Below the pieces are notes generated by a model that saw nothing but the letters and a program-made list of their open reading frames with translations, was not told the DNA's origin and did no database searches. A program made the position numbers and the translations under genes. Below, piece after piece: positions 8,280 through 17,759 of a DNA stretch of 39,127 nt; positions within the stretch are counted from its first letter, which is position 1, and each line of letters opens with the position of its first letter. The DNA comes from a virus. Lineage: Duplodnaviria > Caudoviricetes. Location: positions 1 to 39,127 of IMG/VR virus record IMGVR_UViG_3300031861_000375; one strand, given 5' to 3'.

Positions 8280-8942
8280 CTAGCTACCTGGTGAGCCGGA
8301 ATATGCAAGCGCACCGAAAAGCGACCACGTATCGTTACCGGTGCGCTTTAACGTAATCACCGAAAACTGGCCGTAGGTGGCCGTGGAAAAGTCGGCCTCA
8401 TGATTAATTGAAACGCCGCCACCACCGACCACAGACAGTGTGCCGACCCCACCCTGTTGAAATCGAATCTCGGCGCCAGCGCCCCACCCAACCTCGACTT
8501 GGCTCGGGATTGTCACTAGCTGGGCAGTAGCGTCTTGACTGACGGCGAAGGTATTAACATCTGCCAGCCCGAGCATTTTGGGGCCAGAGAAGTTGGTAAC
8601 CAATGAAGGCGCATAAGCAGCGGAGGCGTCTCGCAACCTTTCAAGCGTCCCCTTTGTAATGCGCGCCGATACACCGCTTGCAGCAGGCCAGTCAGCCGCT
8701 GCTGTGCCTTCACGCCCGCGTTCAACAGTCATCACCCCATCTACAACAGCTGTGACCTCAACTACCTCATGAGCCGTTTCGACACCGTCAGCGCCAACGG
8801 ATGCCAGTGTCAGAAGGTAGTAATCACCGGAGCCAAGGCCGACCAGTTCAGCGGCCAGTGTCGGGTCAACCGAAAGCCAAGCATCTGAAGCAAAGACAGG
8901 CGCAGTGAGCGCTGCTGCCCAGTTATTGATAAAAAGCTGCAT
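8280..8942 (-). CDS. Tail-associated structural protein
   Basis: MQLFINNW... with TVERGREGT motif; position between tail tip and fibre genes. Confidence 0.6.
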   Translation of the reverse strand: MQLFINNWAAALTAPVFASDAWLSVDPTLAAELVGLGSGDYYLLTLASVGADGVETAHEVVEVTAVVDGVMTVERGREGTAAADWPAASGVSARITKGTLERLRDASAAYAPSLVTNFSGPKMLGLADVNTFAVSQDATAQLVTIPSQVEVGWGAGAEIRFQQGGVGTLSVVGGGGVSINHEADFSTATYGQFSVITLKRTGNDTWSLFGALAYSGSPGS

Positions 8943-8950
8943 GGTTTCTC

Positions 8951-10723
8951 CTAGATAAAAGTCACCGGCTGGGTCTGGCCTAACAGCACGTCACCCGTAA
9001 AGGGGTTGCGTGCGCCGTAGCGGGTTTCGGCGTTGCTGGTTGGTGACGGGGCCGGCACTTCAATTTCGCCAGCAGTCAAGCCTTCAGGGCTGGCAGTCGC
9101 CCCGTAGACGGCGCTGATGCCATTACTGCCAGGCCACGGGCGCTGCATGCGCTTCAGGCAGACCAGGTGATTACTCCACCAGTGAGGCCCGCCGCTGCAG
9201 GTAACTGCCGGGTTTACATCCAACTTGAACCACGATTGGGTAAGGCTTGGCAGCCAGTCCTTGACCTCGGCGTTTGCGGATAGGTTGGACGGGTCAAGCA
9301 TTCGGACCGGCAGCGCATCACCGAGGCCCACTGCGGAATCGCCGGTCTGCGTGTCGTCATCAATCAGTACGTCATTCACAAACAGCTCACGCTTGTGGGT
9401 GAACGTCGCACCGGAAGATGGCGGCAGCGGGCGCTGCGAAGGACCGAGCTCTGCGGGAATAGTGTCGCTGTAGACCAGGGTGTAAAGAAACTCGGCGCGA
9501 ACCTTGTAACGGTCAACCTCCACGCCGCCGACGCGCAGAACCAGCTCCACCAACTCGCCGCAACTCTGCTCTACCGCAGCGGACCATGTGTACGCCCCCA
9601 CTTCGACCACGTCGCCAGCACCCGCCGCGAGGGCGCACACCCCACCTGAAAGCTCGTAGCGATAGGCAAACTCAGGTGGCGGCGAACCCGCTGCTGATAT
9701 GGAAAAATCATAGGCGGCGGTGATGCTGTAACTCATATCAAGAGTGATCGGCGTAGGCGTGCCATCCAGGGCAAACCACCACCCCAATACATAGCCAGTA
9801 ATGGCGGCCGTGCGGGTTCCGGTCGCTATACTTATTGATGGCTCTTCTGCGGATGGGGTGCCGGGGGGCAGCAGCACGGCATGCGGATTTTCGATAGTGC
9901 GATAAAGCCATTCGCAGGGTTCGCCCGCCACTGGCCGAAATTCATCAACAGCATCGAAGTCGATGGTCCAGCGGGCCGCCAGCGTGCCAAGCGCATCGCT
10001 ATACATAGTCTCGCCGGGCAGCACCGGCGAGAGCGGAGACAAGCTGGCGGTAATTGGCGCTCCCGGCAGCCCGGTGCCGCTGATGCTTAAAAGATCGAAC
10101 CCAGCAAAACTGCTTGGCACATAATTATCACTACTGGGGCTAAACACAGCCTCGCCGATGATTACCTTTGAACCATCCGGCAGACTGTCCCACAGCAGCG
10201 GACGCCGCACCGGATACGATAGCGGCGCAACCGAATCATACCCCGTAAGGCTAACGGCCAACGGCAGGAACTCGCCGGTATGGGCAAAGGCCAGTTGGCC
10301 GTATCTCTTAAGCTCCGCCACATTTACAAGCCAGGTCTTGTCCGGGTTCGCGTCCATATTAAACGGCAGGCTGATGGTCCAGCAGTTGCCAGGCGCAGCA
10401 GCATAAAGCGCTTGGGCGGTGACGCCCCCACGACCGTAGACAGAGAGCTGGGCGCTGTTATTGCGCATATTTACAACCGCATCGGTACGCCACTGATAAC
10501 CCGCAGCAAGGTCGGAGGCTGCCTCTGCCGGCGACCTTGCAACCGGCGGCACCCCAGGAACCGCGAGGCGGTAGCTGCCACGGACGCCATTGGCAAACCA
10601 GATAGAGTCTTTATGTGCGCCATTCGGGAGGGTCAGCCTTGCTGATCGCACCAGCCCATGGAATGGGCAGCCCACTATGCGATGCTGGCCCAGGCAAAGT
10701 GCATGCTCGTCCATCTGGCTCAT
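8951..10723 (-). CDS. Putative tail tip/structural protein (590 aa)
   Basis: Long beta-rich ORF with GCPFHGLV N-terminal motif, translationally coupled in tail operon. Confidence 0.6.
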   Translation of the reverse strand: MSQMDEHALCLGQHRIVGCPFHGLVRSARLTLPNGAHKDSIWFANGVRGSYRLAVPGVPPVARSPAEAASDLAAGYQWRTDAVVNMRNNSAQLSVYGRGGVTAQALYAAAPGNCWTISLPFNMDANPDKTWLVNVAELKRYGQLAFAHTGEFLPLAVSLTGYDSVAPLSYPVRRPLLWDSLPDGSKVIIGEAVFSPSSDNYVPSSFAGFDLLSISGTGLPGAPITASLSPLSPVLPGETMYSDALGTLAARWTIDFDAVDEFRPVAGEPCEWLYRTIENPHAVLLPPGTPSAEEPSISIATGTRTAAITGYVLGWWFALDGTPTPITLDMSYSITAAYDFSISAAGSPPPEFAYRYELSGGVCALAAGAGDVVEVGAYTWSAAVEQSCGELVELVLRVGGVEVDRYKVRAEFLYTLVYSDTIPAELGPSQRPLPPSSGATFTHKRELFVNDVLIDDDTQTGDSAVGLGDALPVRMLDPSNLSANAEVKDWLPSLTQSWFKLDVNPAVTCSGGPHWWSNHLVCLKRMQRPWPGSNGISAVYGATASPEGLTAGEIEVPAPSPTSNAETRYGARNPFTGDVLLGQTQPVTFI

Positions 10724-11196
10724 CAGGTCGGCTCCGCAAAAATCTGCACGACTGGCGCGCTATTGGCATCGGCTTGCACGATCTTCTTCAGCGGCAGGAA
10801 CTCCCACACAAACACCCCATCCGAACTGGTCAGGTAGCGGGCGTCATGGAACTCCCGCGCGGCATAGCTCTGCTCGGTCAACGGGCTGGCAATACCACCG
10901 CCGCCCGTTGCAGGAGGCGGCGTGTAGTTGCCGCGGCCCCGCGTGGCAGGCACGGCGCCAACCGGTTGCACGGTGCGCAGGGTGCGGCGTTGTTGGGTGG
11001 GGTTGATGAGGCGGTTAATGTCCGCCACCACCGTTTCGCCACGGCGCTCAGCCTCGAGACGCTGGCCAATGCCCCGGCGTTCTGCCTCAATCCGGCTACC
11101 GGTGGCCCGGCGTTCTGCGCCACCCGTTGCGGCGCGGCTGCTGCTGATGCCCGCCGCAATGGCTTGGCGCTGCTGTGCAAGGGTCGCCATGCTCAA
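10723..11196 (-). CDS. Putative minor tail protein
   Basis: Coupled ORF; duplicated (I/L)EAERRG segment; GGGGIASPLTE motif. Confidence 0.6.
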   Translation of the reverse strand: MSMATLAQQRQAIAAGISSSRAATGGAERRATGSRIEAERRGIGQRLEAERRGETVVADINRLINPTQQRRTLRTVQPVGAVPATRGRGNYTPPPATGGGGIASPLTEQSYAAREFHDARYLTSSDGVFVWEFLPLKKIVQADANSAPVVQIFAEPT

Positions 11197-12881
11197 AGCT
11201 CCAGCAAGTCATTGGGGATGGCCACGCGGTAAGTGGCCGTGATGGGTACCGGCAGCTCGTCGCGCTGGCCGGCGTCAATCTCCAGCGCATCAACGTCAAA
11301 GCGGCGCGGGTACACCAGCGGGTCGGCAATGTCGCTGGTCGTGTAGTTGCCGGCAAATCCGGGCAGCTCGTCGTCGTACTCCGGTACGCCACTGCGCCCG
11401 CCCAGTTGAGTGGGCAGAACGGTGCGCGTGAAGTCTGGGTCGGGCTGCGGCTCATCCACCGAGGGCGGCGGCGTGAGTGGATCTGTCACGGCGCCGCCGC
11501 CGCGCATCACCTTGATAGTGAGCGTGGTGATGGCCTCACCGCTGGCATAGTCGAGCCGGTGCGCAATGCGCGAGCACTTGCCGCGGGCCTTGATGATGTC
11601 GTCAAGCTCAAGCGTGTGCGTCAGGTCGATGCCCATCGCCATGCTGGTCGGCACCTGCCAGGTCACCGTGGTGCCTCGGTGCGAACTCACCACAATCGCC
11701 CGGGCCTGCTGCAACTGCACCACCAAAAACAGAACGCGGCGCGAATCGTCGCGCTCGTCGGTGTGGCCGCTCAAGCCATCGGTAAAGGGTTCCTCACCCC
11801 ACACTTCAGCCAGGAGGCTTTCTATCTCAAGGGCACCCCCGGTGCGCTCAATCACCTCACCCGTTGCCGCAATGCTGGTGGGCACCTCAACGCTCAGCTC
11901 ATAGCGCTCGGTCACGCTCTGCGCCCAGCGGCGGCCAAGGGCGAAGGTAGCGCCCAGCAACAGCTGCTCATCGGTGAAGTAGTTGATCCACGGCACGCCA
12001 ATCGAGCAGGGGTCTGGCATGCTGGGTGGCAGCAAGTCCCAGATATAACCGTCCAACAGATTGCCGCCGGCATCTTCCACAGCATCCGTCACCATCGCAA
12101 CGGTGGGCAGCTCTTTTGAGTCCGTGAAGTACCAGCCGCAAAAGCCACCGCCGAGCCAACTGAAGTACTCGTTTTTTTGGCGCAGGCGCGCATAGCGGTA
12201 ATCCGCCTCGATCACCACTTTGTTGGTGCGCCGGGATAGGTCGTCAAGGCTGGCGGCCTGGGTTTGGTCCAGCACCGTGCCGGGGCCAAAGACAAAGGCC
12301 GGGGCCGTGGCATACCAACTGGTTACACGCGGCACGCCATCGGCCGAGCAATCCAAGGAAGCCGTGCGGGTGCTCATGCGCTCGCGGGCGTAGTCCCAAC
12401 GGCTGCGGCCCTCCACCGGGTCAAACACATCCTCCGACCAGGTTCCGCCAGTTAGCGCATCAATCTCGGCAACGCTCATACCTTCAACACGCTGCTGCAG
12501 CTGGTCGGTCAGCTCGCAAGTCATCACGCGCGTGGTGGAGTCCCACACCGGTGAGGCGATGCGCCCAGTCAATAAGCGCGCCTCAGTGGTCAGGCCTGAA
12601 CTGGTGCTGATGTAGTCAATGGCTACCTCACGGCCCACCCACTCATCAGGCACAACCGGGCCGGGTGGCAGGTAGAACGCAATGCTGCCAACACCGGCCG
12701 CATCTTCCTCGCGGTCGGCGTCCAGGCCTTCGACCATCTGAGCACTGTAATCCACGCCGCCAATGGTCACGCGCTCGCGCCAGCGGTAGCCAGTGCCCGC
12801 CACCACGTATACGGGTGCCGAACCGCTGGCCGTGCTGCTGCCGTTAATCGGCGCGCTATTGAGGGGGCCGCCGTTAAACAT
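11193..12881 (-). CDS. Putative tail tip (hub-like) protein
   Basis: 562 aa from MFNGGPLN (TGATG overlap); second gene after tape measure. Confidence 0.65.
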   Translation of the reverse strand: MFNGGPLNSAPINGSSTASGSAPVYVVAGTGYRWRERVTIGGVDYSAQMVEGLDADREEDAAGVGSIAFYLPPGPVVPDEWVGREVAIDYISTSSGLTTEARLLTGRIASPVWDSTTRVMTCELTDQLQQRVEGMSVAEIDALTGGTWSEDVFDPVEGRSRWDYARERMSTRTASLDCSADGVPRVTSWYATAPAFVFGPGTVLDQTQAASLDDLSRRTNKVVIEADYRYARLRQKNEYFSWLGGGFCGWYFTDSKELPTVAMVTDAVEDAGGNLLDGYIWDLLPPSMPDPCSIGVPWINYFTDEQLLLGATFALGRRWAQSVTERYELSVEVPTSIAATGEVIERTGGALEIESLLAEVWGEEPFTDGLSGHTDERDDSRRVLFLVVQLQQARAIVVSSHRGTTVTWQVPTSMAMGIDLTHTLELDDIIKARGKCSRIAHRLDYASGEAITTLTIKVMRGGGAVTDPLTPPPSVDEPQPDPDFTRTVLPTQLGGRSGVPEYDDELPGFAGNYTTSDIADPLVYPRRFDVDALEIDAGQRDELPVPITATYRVAIPNDLLEL

Positions 12882-13387
12882 CACGCCTCCTGCCAAGCAA
12901 TGGACCAGCCGTGCGAGGCGCTGCCGCTGGATTGCGACTTAGGCGGGCGCGTGGCGAACACCGAATAAACCGGGAACCACCACACCTGATAAAGGCTTGC
13001 GCCTGGCACCGCGGTGACGGTTGAAACGCCGGCCACAGTGTCGACTTCAGCAGCCACAAACTGATCACCCACCAGGGCGAACGCCCACGGCGCTTGGTCC
13101 GGACGAGGCGTTGACGGGAGCGTGAACACCAAGCCGGCGGATTGCATGCTGCTGACTTGGGTGCTGCGCAGCTCAAGCGGCGCCGAATAGTCCAGGCCAT
13201 CGAGCGCGGGCGGTATCCAGCCTTGGCCGCTGATGGTGCCGGCCATCTTTTCCCAGCGCGTCATCTTCACAGCTGCGCCGTTACTCATGCGCAGCAGGCT
13301 ATTGCCCCCTACGGCCTCCTCGCTCAATTCAGGCGCGCCAGCATGCAGCACAATCGGTATGCCACCGAGCATGAGGGGTACGGACAT
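12881..13387 (-). CDS. Minor tail protein (distal-tail position)
   Basis: First gene after tape measure; GGAG RBS. Confidence 0.65.
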   Translation of the reverse strand: MSVPLMLGGIPIVLHAGAPELSEEAVGGNSLLRMSNGAAVKMTRWEKMAGTISGQGWIPPALDGLDYSAPLELRSTQVSSMQSAGLVFTLPSTPRPDQAPWAFALVGDQFVAAEVDTVAGVSTVTAVPGASLYQVWWFPVYSVFATRPPKSQSSGSASHGWSIAWQEA

Positions 13388-13405
13388 TCGGGAAACTCCA
13401 GGTGT

Positions 13406-13428
13406 AAAAAAGCCCGCGAAGGCGGGCT
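13406..13428 (-). terminator. Intrinsic terminator-like hairpin after tape measure gene
   Basis: AGCCCGC stem with 4-nt loop followed by T-run on minus strand. Confidence 0.7.
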
Positions 13429-13429
13429 G

Positions 13430-16237
13430 TTAGCGGCGCGTGCCGCCAAATTTTGCAGCGAGGCGCTTGAGGTCGAGCGCATCACCGGGGCTGGCGTACA
13501 CGCTGAATTGCTCGCCACCCATCTCAAAGGCCACGCGGCCAAGGTCGGGGAAGCTGGGGCCGGCCATCAGCGCGGGATTCATGGTTGGGATTGCGGGGAG
13601 TGAACGCTCACTGATTGGCCCGCCGGAAGCGAACTTCGGTATTCGGCGCTGCCGCAGTGCCTCCATGAAGCCCTCACCGTAGTAGTCCACGGTTGATTTG
13701 GGCTGCATGAATTCGCCGTTTGAACCCCACATCAAGATGCTGTCACTGGTTCCCGTGCCAGGGCCACGCAGCTTGCCGCCGCCAGCCAATGCCGGAATGT
13801 TTTGCAGCACGAAGTCGCCTGAGTAAGGCGCCACATCCTTCAGGATAGGCCCGTCCGGATGAACCACCCGCACCGGCAATACAATCTCCTGCTGCCCCAT
13901 TTCAGCCACCAGAGTCTGAATCTGAGTGCGCACAGCTTCAATGCTCGCTTCATCCGACTTGATGCTGAGCGGCATGTTCTCTAGCTTCTTACCCTCGTCA
14001 GCAAGCGCCTGGATGCTCGCCTTGATCTCATCGATCTTTGCCTGCGCATTGGTCTGCTCAATATCGTTCGCGGCAAGCTCAATGGCTTCCAGCTCCTGGA
14101 TAAAGCCACTGAAGCCGTAGGTGTTCTCGCCGGCGGCGGCCAGGTCCTGCAGCATCTTCAATGCCGCCTGGGCCTGAGTCTGAGCACCCTCAACGTCGCC
14201 AGCCTGCAACGCAGCGCGAGCGCCAACCTTGAGCGCCTGGGCATTGCTGTACGACGCATCGCCCTCGCCACCCAGCCCGGCCAGTGCCTCGCTGTAGCGC
14301 TTCTCAATGTCGAGTCGGTCTTGCTTGACCTTTTCAAGATCGGCGGTGGCTTTCTTCTCTTCCGCTACCAGCTCTTTGTTTTTGGCTTTTACGGCTTTGA
14401 CCTGTTCATCCTGAATCTTCTTGATATCGCCGATGTACTTGGTGTTGGCATCGATTTCTTTTTGGCGGCCAGCTTCTGCGGCGGCGGCCCCAACATCAGC
14501 CAGGAACTCTAGCTCAGCATTCAGGCCCGTTTGCTGCTCAACAATCGAGGCACGGAAAGCAGCGAGAGCATCGCGTTTTTTCTGGAGGTCTTCGTTGCTG
14601 TAAAGAAGACCGTCGATTGTGGTGCTCAGCCCGGTACCAGCCAAGCTGCGGTCCAAGTCAGCAATTTGCTGATCGACCTTATCAAGCTCTGTGACCAAGC
14701 CCTGAGAGTTGGCAGCGATGAAAGCAATACGGTTGCCAAGGTCTACAAACTCATTAGCCCCCTCTACAGCGGTACCGGCCAAGGCTGCCAAAGCGGACGC
14801 CAGCTTGACGAGGTTATCAATAACGGCAGGGTCAGAAAGGGTTTTACCAAGGTCGTTGATGGAATCAATAAGCGGCTGAACATCTGCCTGACCGATTGCT
14901 TTCTGCCATTTATCGGCAAGGGCAGTCATCGCACCGCCCACCGTCTCGGGCAGGGTTGCCGCCTCTTTGCGTAGCGTGTCGAGCTGGCTGGTTAGCGCAT
15001 CGGAAACCACATCAGCAGTCAGCAAGCCTTGGGTGGCCATTTCTTTCAGCGCACCTACGGGCACGCCAATAGAAGCAGCAAGGGCTTGCATCAGTCGCGG
15101 CGCCTGCTCAGCCACGCTGTTGAATTCTTCGCCGCGCAGAGCCCCAGCCCCAAGAGCCTGAGCGAACTGGATAACGCCGTTTTGAGCCTCTTCCGCTGTG
15201 GCGCCAGACACCCTGAACGATGTGGCCACAGCCTCTGTCACTTTAATAATATCGGCCTGGGTGCGGCCCGCCTCTTTGAGGGGGCGACTGATACGGCTAT
15301 ATAGTGTGACCAATGACGCCACTGGGCTTTGCGTGGCCTGAGCGATACGGCTAAGTTCATTTTGCGCCGCGGTGAATTCTTCCTGAGAGCTGGTCGCCAG
15401 CTTGAGGCGGGCATTCATCAGGTTGTAGGCGTCCGCCATATTGGCAATGCCTTTGATGGCAGACACAGTTGCGTAAGCAGCACCCACGCCAGATACCAGC
15501 CCAGTCAATGGCGAACCACCACCCCGAAGCCTATTTTGCTCAGCGGTAAGCTGACCCATGGCGGTTTTGGTTTCGATCACGCGGCGGGTATAAGCCTGCT
15601 GGGCAATAGACAACTCACGGTTGGTCAGATTGCCACTGCTGCGAAGTAAGGCGTACTGCTGGCGTATCCGCTCCAGCGCGCCTTCGTATTGGCGGGCGCG
15701 GCTGATCCCGAAGTCTGCCTTTGCTTGCTCAAGGTTTGCTTGGCGCTGTTCGCGGGCTACCTGTCCAATGGCGGCGGCCTGGGCGCGAATGCCGGCAGTT
15801 GCGGCATCACGACGCCCCGCAAGAGTGGCGGCGCCAAGCTCGGCAGTCAGGCGCTTCTGCTCGGCGGCAAGGTTAGTGGTATCAATCCGGGCCGACTGCA
15901 GCTCACGGCGGCGGGCCACAAGCTGTGAGCGGGCCAAGTTCTCGGCGCGCGTCAGGCGTTGCAGTTCGGCAACTGCATCCTTGTAGGTAGCCGTCAGCTC
16001 TTTACTCGGCCGCCCAGCGCTGGCCATTTCGTTGCCAACCTCGCGCACCCGATCACGGGCGTTACGGGATTGTTTCTCAAGCGACTCCAGCTCACTCTCA
16101 ATCGAGCGGAAAGCACCAACCTGCTTGAGCGGCTTCTCAATCGCCTTGACCGTTTCCTGGTATTCCTTGCGGAAGCTGCTCACGCCTTTGGTGGCCTGGG
16201 CAACATCAGCCGTCAGGCGCAGTTCAATATCGGTCAT
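13430..16237 (-). CDS. Tail tape measure protein
   Basis: 935 aa Ala/Leu-rich helical; QFAQALGAGALRGEEFNSVAEQAP tape-measure motif. Confidence 0.95.
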   Translation of the reverse strand: MTDIELRLTADVAQATKGVSSFRKEYQETVKAIEKPLKQVGAFRSIESELESLEKQSRNARDRVREVGNEMASAGRPSKELTATYKDAVAELQRLTRAENLARSQLVARRRELQSARIDTTNLAAEQKRLTAELGAATLAGRRDAATAGIRAQAAAIGQVAREQRQANLEQAKADFGISRARQYEGALERIRQQYALLRSSGNLTNRELSIAQQAYTRRVIETKTAMGQLTAEQNRLRGGGSPLTGLVSGVGAAYATVSAIKGIANMADAYNLMNARLKLATSSQEEFTAAQNELSRIAQATQSPVASLVTLYSRISRPLKEAGRTQADIIKVTEAVATSFRVSGATAEEAQNGVIQFAQALGAGALRGEEFNSVAEQAPRLMQALAASIGVPVGALKEMATQGLLTADVVSDALTSQLDTLRKEAATLPETVGGAMTALADKWQKAIGQADVQPLIDSINDLGKTLSDPAVIDNLVKLASALAALAGTAVEGANEFVDLGNRIAFIAANSQGLVTELDKVDQQIADLDRSLAGTGLSTTIDGLLYSNEDLQKKRDALAAFRASIVEQQTGLNAELEFLADVGAAAAEAGRQKEIDANTKYIGDIKKIQDEQVKAVKAKNKELVAEEKKATADLEKVKQDRLDIEKRYSEALAGLGGEGDASYSNAQALKVGARAALQAGDVEGAQTQAQAALKMLQDLAAAGENTYGFSGFIQELEAIELAANDIEQTNAQAKIDEIKASIQALADEGKKLENMPLSIKSDEASIEAVRTQIQTLVAEMGQQEIVLPVRVVHPDGPILKDVAPYSGDFVLQNIPALAGGGKLRGPGTGTSDSILMWGSNGEFMQPKSTVDYYGEGFMEALRQRRIPKFASGGPISERSLPAIPTMNPALMAGPSFPDLGRVAFEMGGEQFSVYASPGDALDLKRLAAKFGGTRR

Positions 16238-16240
16238 GGG

Positions 16241-16641
16241 CTAGCCCTTCAAGGCGCGGCAGAAAAGTGACCACGGGTAATCAAGCACCCGATGATGGCC
16301 AAGTACGGTGAGTTTGCAGATGAGGTCGTCTAGCTGGCTCAGGCTTGCTGCTGGTGTTTGCGTAGCCGGGCCAGCATCGCGAAAAAATCGGGGTTCGCCT
16401 TCTTGCAACCCTCCACCACCTCGGCTAATTCGCTAGGCCGCATGGCGTCTATATCTTCGAGGGTAAGGCTGGTCAGGGCTGGCAGGTCGCCAAGGCGCAA
16501 ATCAGGGAACAGCGCATCGAGCACTAAATCACCCTGCCCTGGCGTGGCGATCAGCTCCCGCGCGCCTGCCACGGTAATCTCGCGGCAGATCACTTCTTTG
16601 TCGCCAACCTTCACTGCAAGCAGCCCGCCTGGAACGCTCAT
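16241..16641 (-). CDS. Tail assembly chaperone long form (gpGT-like) via -1 frameshift, about 133 aa
   Basis: Slippery T TTT TTC at 16387-16381; -1 frame open for 46 codons to TAG 3 bp before tape measure ATG. Confidence 0.8.
16339..16641 (-). CDS. Tail assembly chaperone (gpG-like), 100 aa
   Basis: Between tail tube and tape measure; ends ...NPDFFAML...; GGAG RBS before MSVPGG. Confidence 0.82.
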   Translation of the reverse strand: MSVPGGLLAVKVGDKEVICREITVAGARELIATPGQGDLVLDALFPDLRLGDLPALTSLTLEDIDAMRPSELAEVVEGCKKANPDFFAMLARLRKHQQQA

Positions 16642-16658
16642 ACTTTTCTCCGGGTAAT

Positions 16659-16681
16659 AAAAAACCCGCCGAAGCGGGTTT
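16659..16681 (-). terminator. Intrinsic terminator after moron gene
   Basis: AAACCCGC-TTCG-GCGGGTTTTTT on minus strand. Confidence 0.8.
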
Positions 16682-16697
16682 ATCAAATTCGCAGTAA

Positions 16698-17063
16698 TTA
16701 GCCTTTAAAGCCGACCAGTTTGTTCACCGCTCGTGATGTGCATAGAACGCGCACCTTGTTGCCGTCGCTAAACGACATTGCCGCCGCCGTATGCTTTTCA
16801 GCTGCAAAGCCGCCAAGCGCTCCAATTAATAAGCCCGCCATCAACCCCAATACCCCAGCAACCAGCATCAAAAGCAAGCCAAGCAGCGCCGCGCCTACTA
16901 AGGCGCGCCCAACACTGAATCCTTTGTCGGTAATTTGATCTATATCCAGGCTCTCAATATCTGAGGGCCGGTATGCCGCCTTCTTTGAGGATTCAATGTG
17001 AAGCTTGCCACCACTCAGGAAGGCTGACCCCTTGACCCCAAACGTTCCTGCGATGATCTTCAC
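16698..17063 (-). CDS. Moron-encoded membrane protein (121 aa)
   Basis: GTG start with GGAGGGA RBS; long hydrophobic hairpin (ALVGAALLGLLLMLVAGVLGLMAGLLIGALGGF); own terminator. Confidence 0.7.
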   Translation of the reverse strand: MKIIAGTFGVKGSAFLSGGKLHIESSKKAAYRPSDIESLDIDQITDKGFSVGRALVGAALLGLLLMLVAGVLGLMAGLLIGALGGFAAEKHTAAAMSFSDGNKVRVLCTSRAVNKLVGFKG

Positions 17064-17155
17064 GGTAATCCCTCCCAATTGATATGGGAGGGACTTTAGC
17101 CCAGCACAAGCAGCTGTTACCAGTTGATCGATTAACCATATGTCAAGGAACGGCC

Positions 17156-17737
17156 ATGCCAATCTCAGTGACTTATTTCAGTTACGGCGAGATCAAGAAT
17201 ATAACGACCGACAACCTCGTATTCTCTGGCGATAAAGTTTTGCTGGGCCAGAGAGTGACAGTTCCTTATGCGATGCTAATCGCCATCGACGAAGGCACTG
17301 GCGAGATACTTAAGGACCTGCTGAGCAGGATGAGCGGGCAACCAGCAAAGCCTGCGCATTGCTGGCAACTGCGATGCCTCGATATATACCCTGCATTGCT
17401 CTGCCTGCGCGTAATCGGTGCCACTTTTAGGGGCGGCACCAAGCCCAGGCATTACCTGCCAGCCGCCGAATTCGCGGAGCGCCAAGGGCAATCAACCTAT
17501 TCGGCAGACGAACTTTCTGAATTTCTGTGTAAAACCTATAAATGCGATAACGCCCTTTATCTTGAAATCCTGAAGCTAATACCGGTACATCAGACGGATG
17601 ATTTCATTGTCGCGGCGTGGCGCATAACAAAACTTAACCCAGCCCAAGCAAGCGAGCAGCCGGCAGATGTTATTGAGCTTCTGAAACACTGCCGCCTTTT
17701 GCCGCCTGACGAACAGCAGCTTGGCCTGTTCAGCTAA
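17156..17737 (+). CDS. Moron-encoded hypothetical protein (193 aa)
   Basis: AAGGAA RBS before ATG 17156; AT-richer than flanks; opposite strand to tail operon. Confidence 0.7.
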   Translation: MPISVTYFSYGEIKNITTDNLVFSGDKVLLGQRVTVPYAMLIAIDEGTGEILKDLLSRMSGQPAKPAHCWQLRCLDIYPALLCLRVIGATFRGGTKPRHYLPAAEFAERQGQSTYSADELSEFLCKTYKCDNALYLEILKLIPVHQTDDFIVAAWRITKLNPAQASEQPADVIELLKHCRLLPPDEQQLGLFS

Positions 17738-17759
17738 AGGCCGTCCCTGGCCTAAATGA

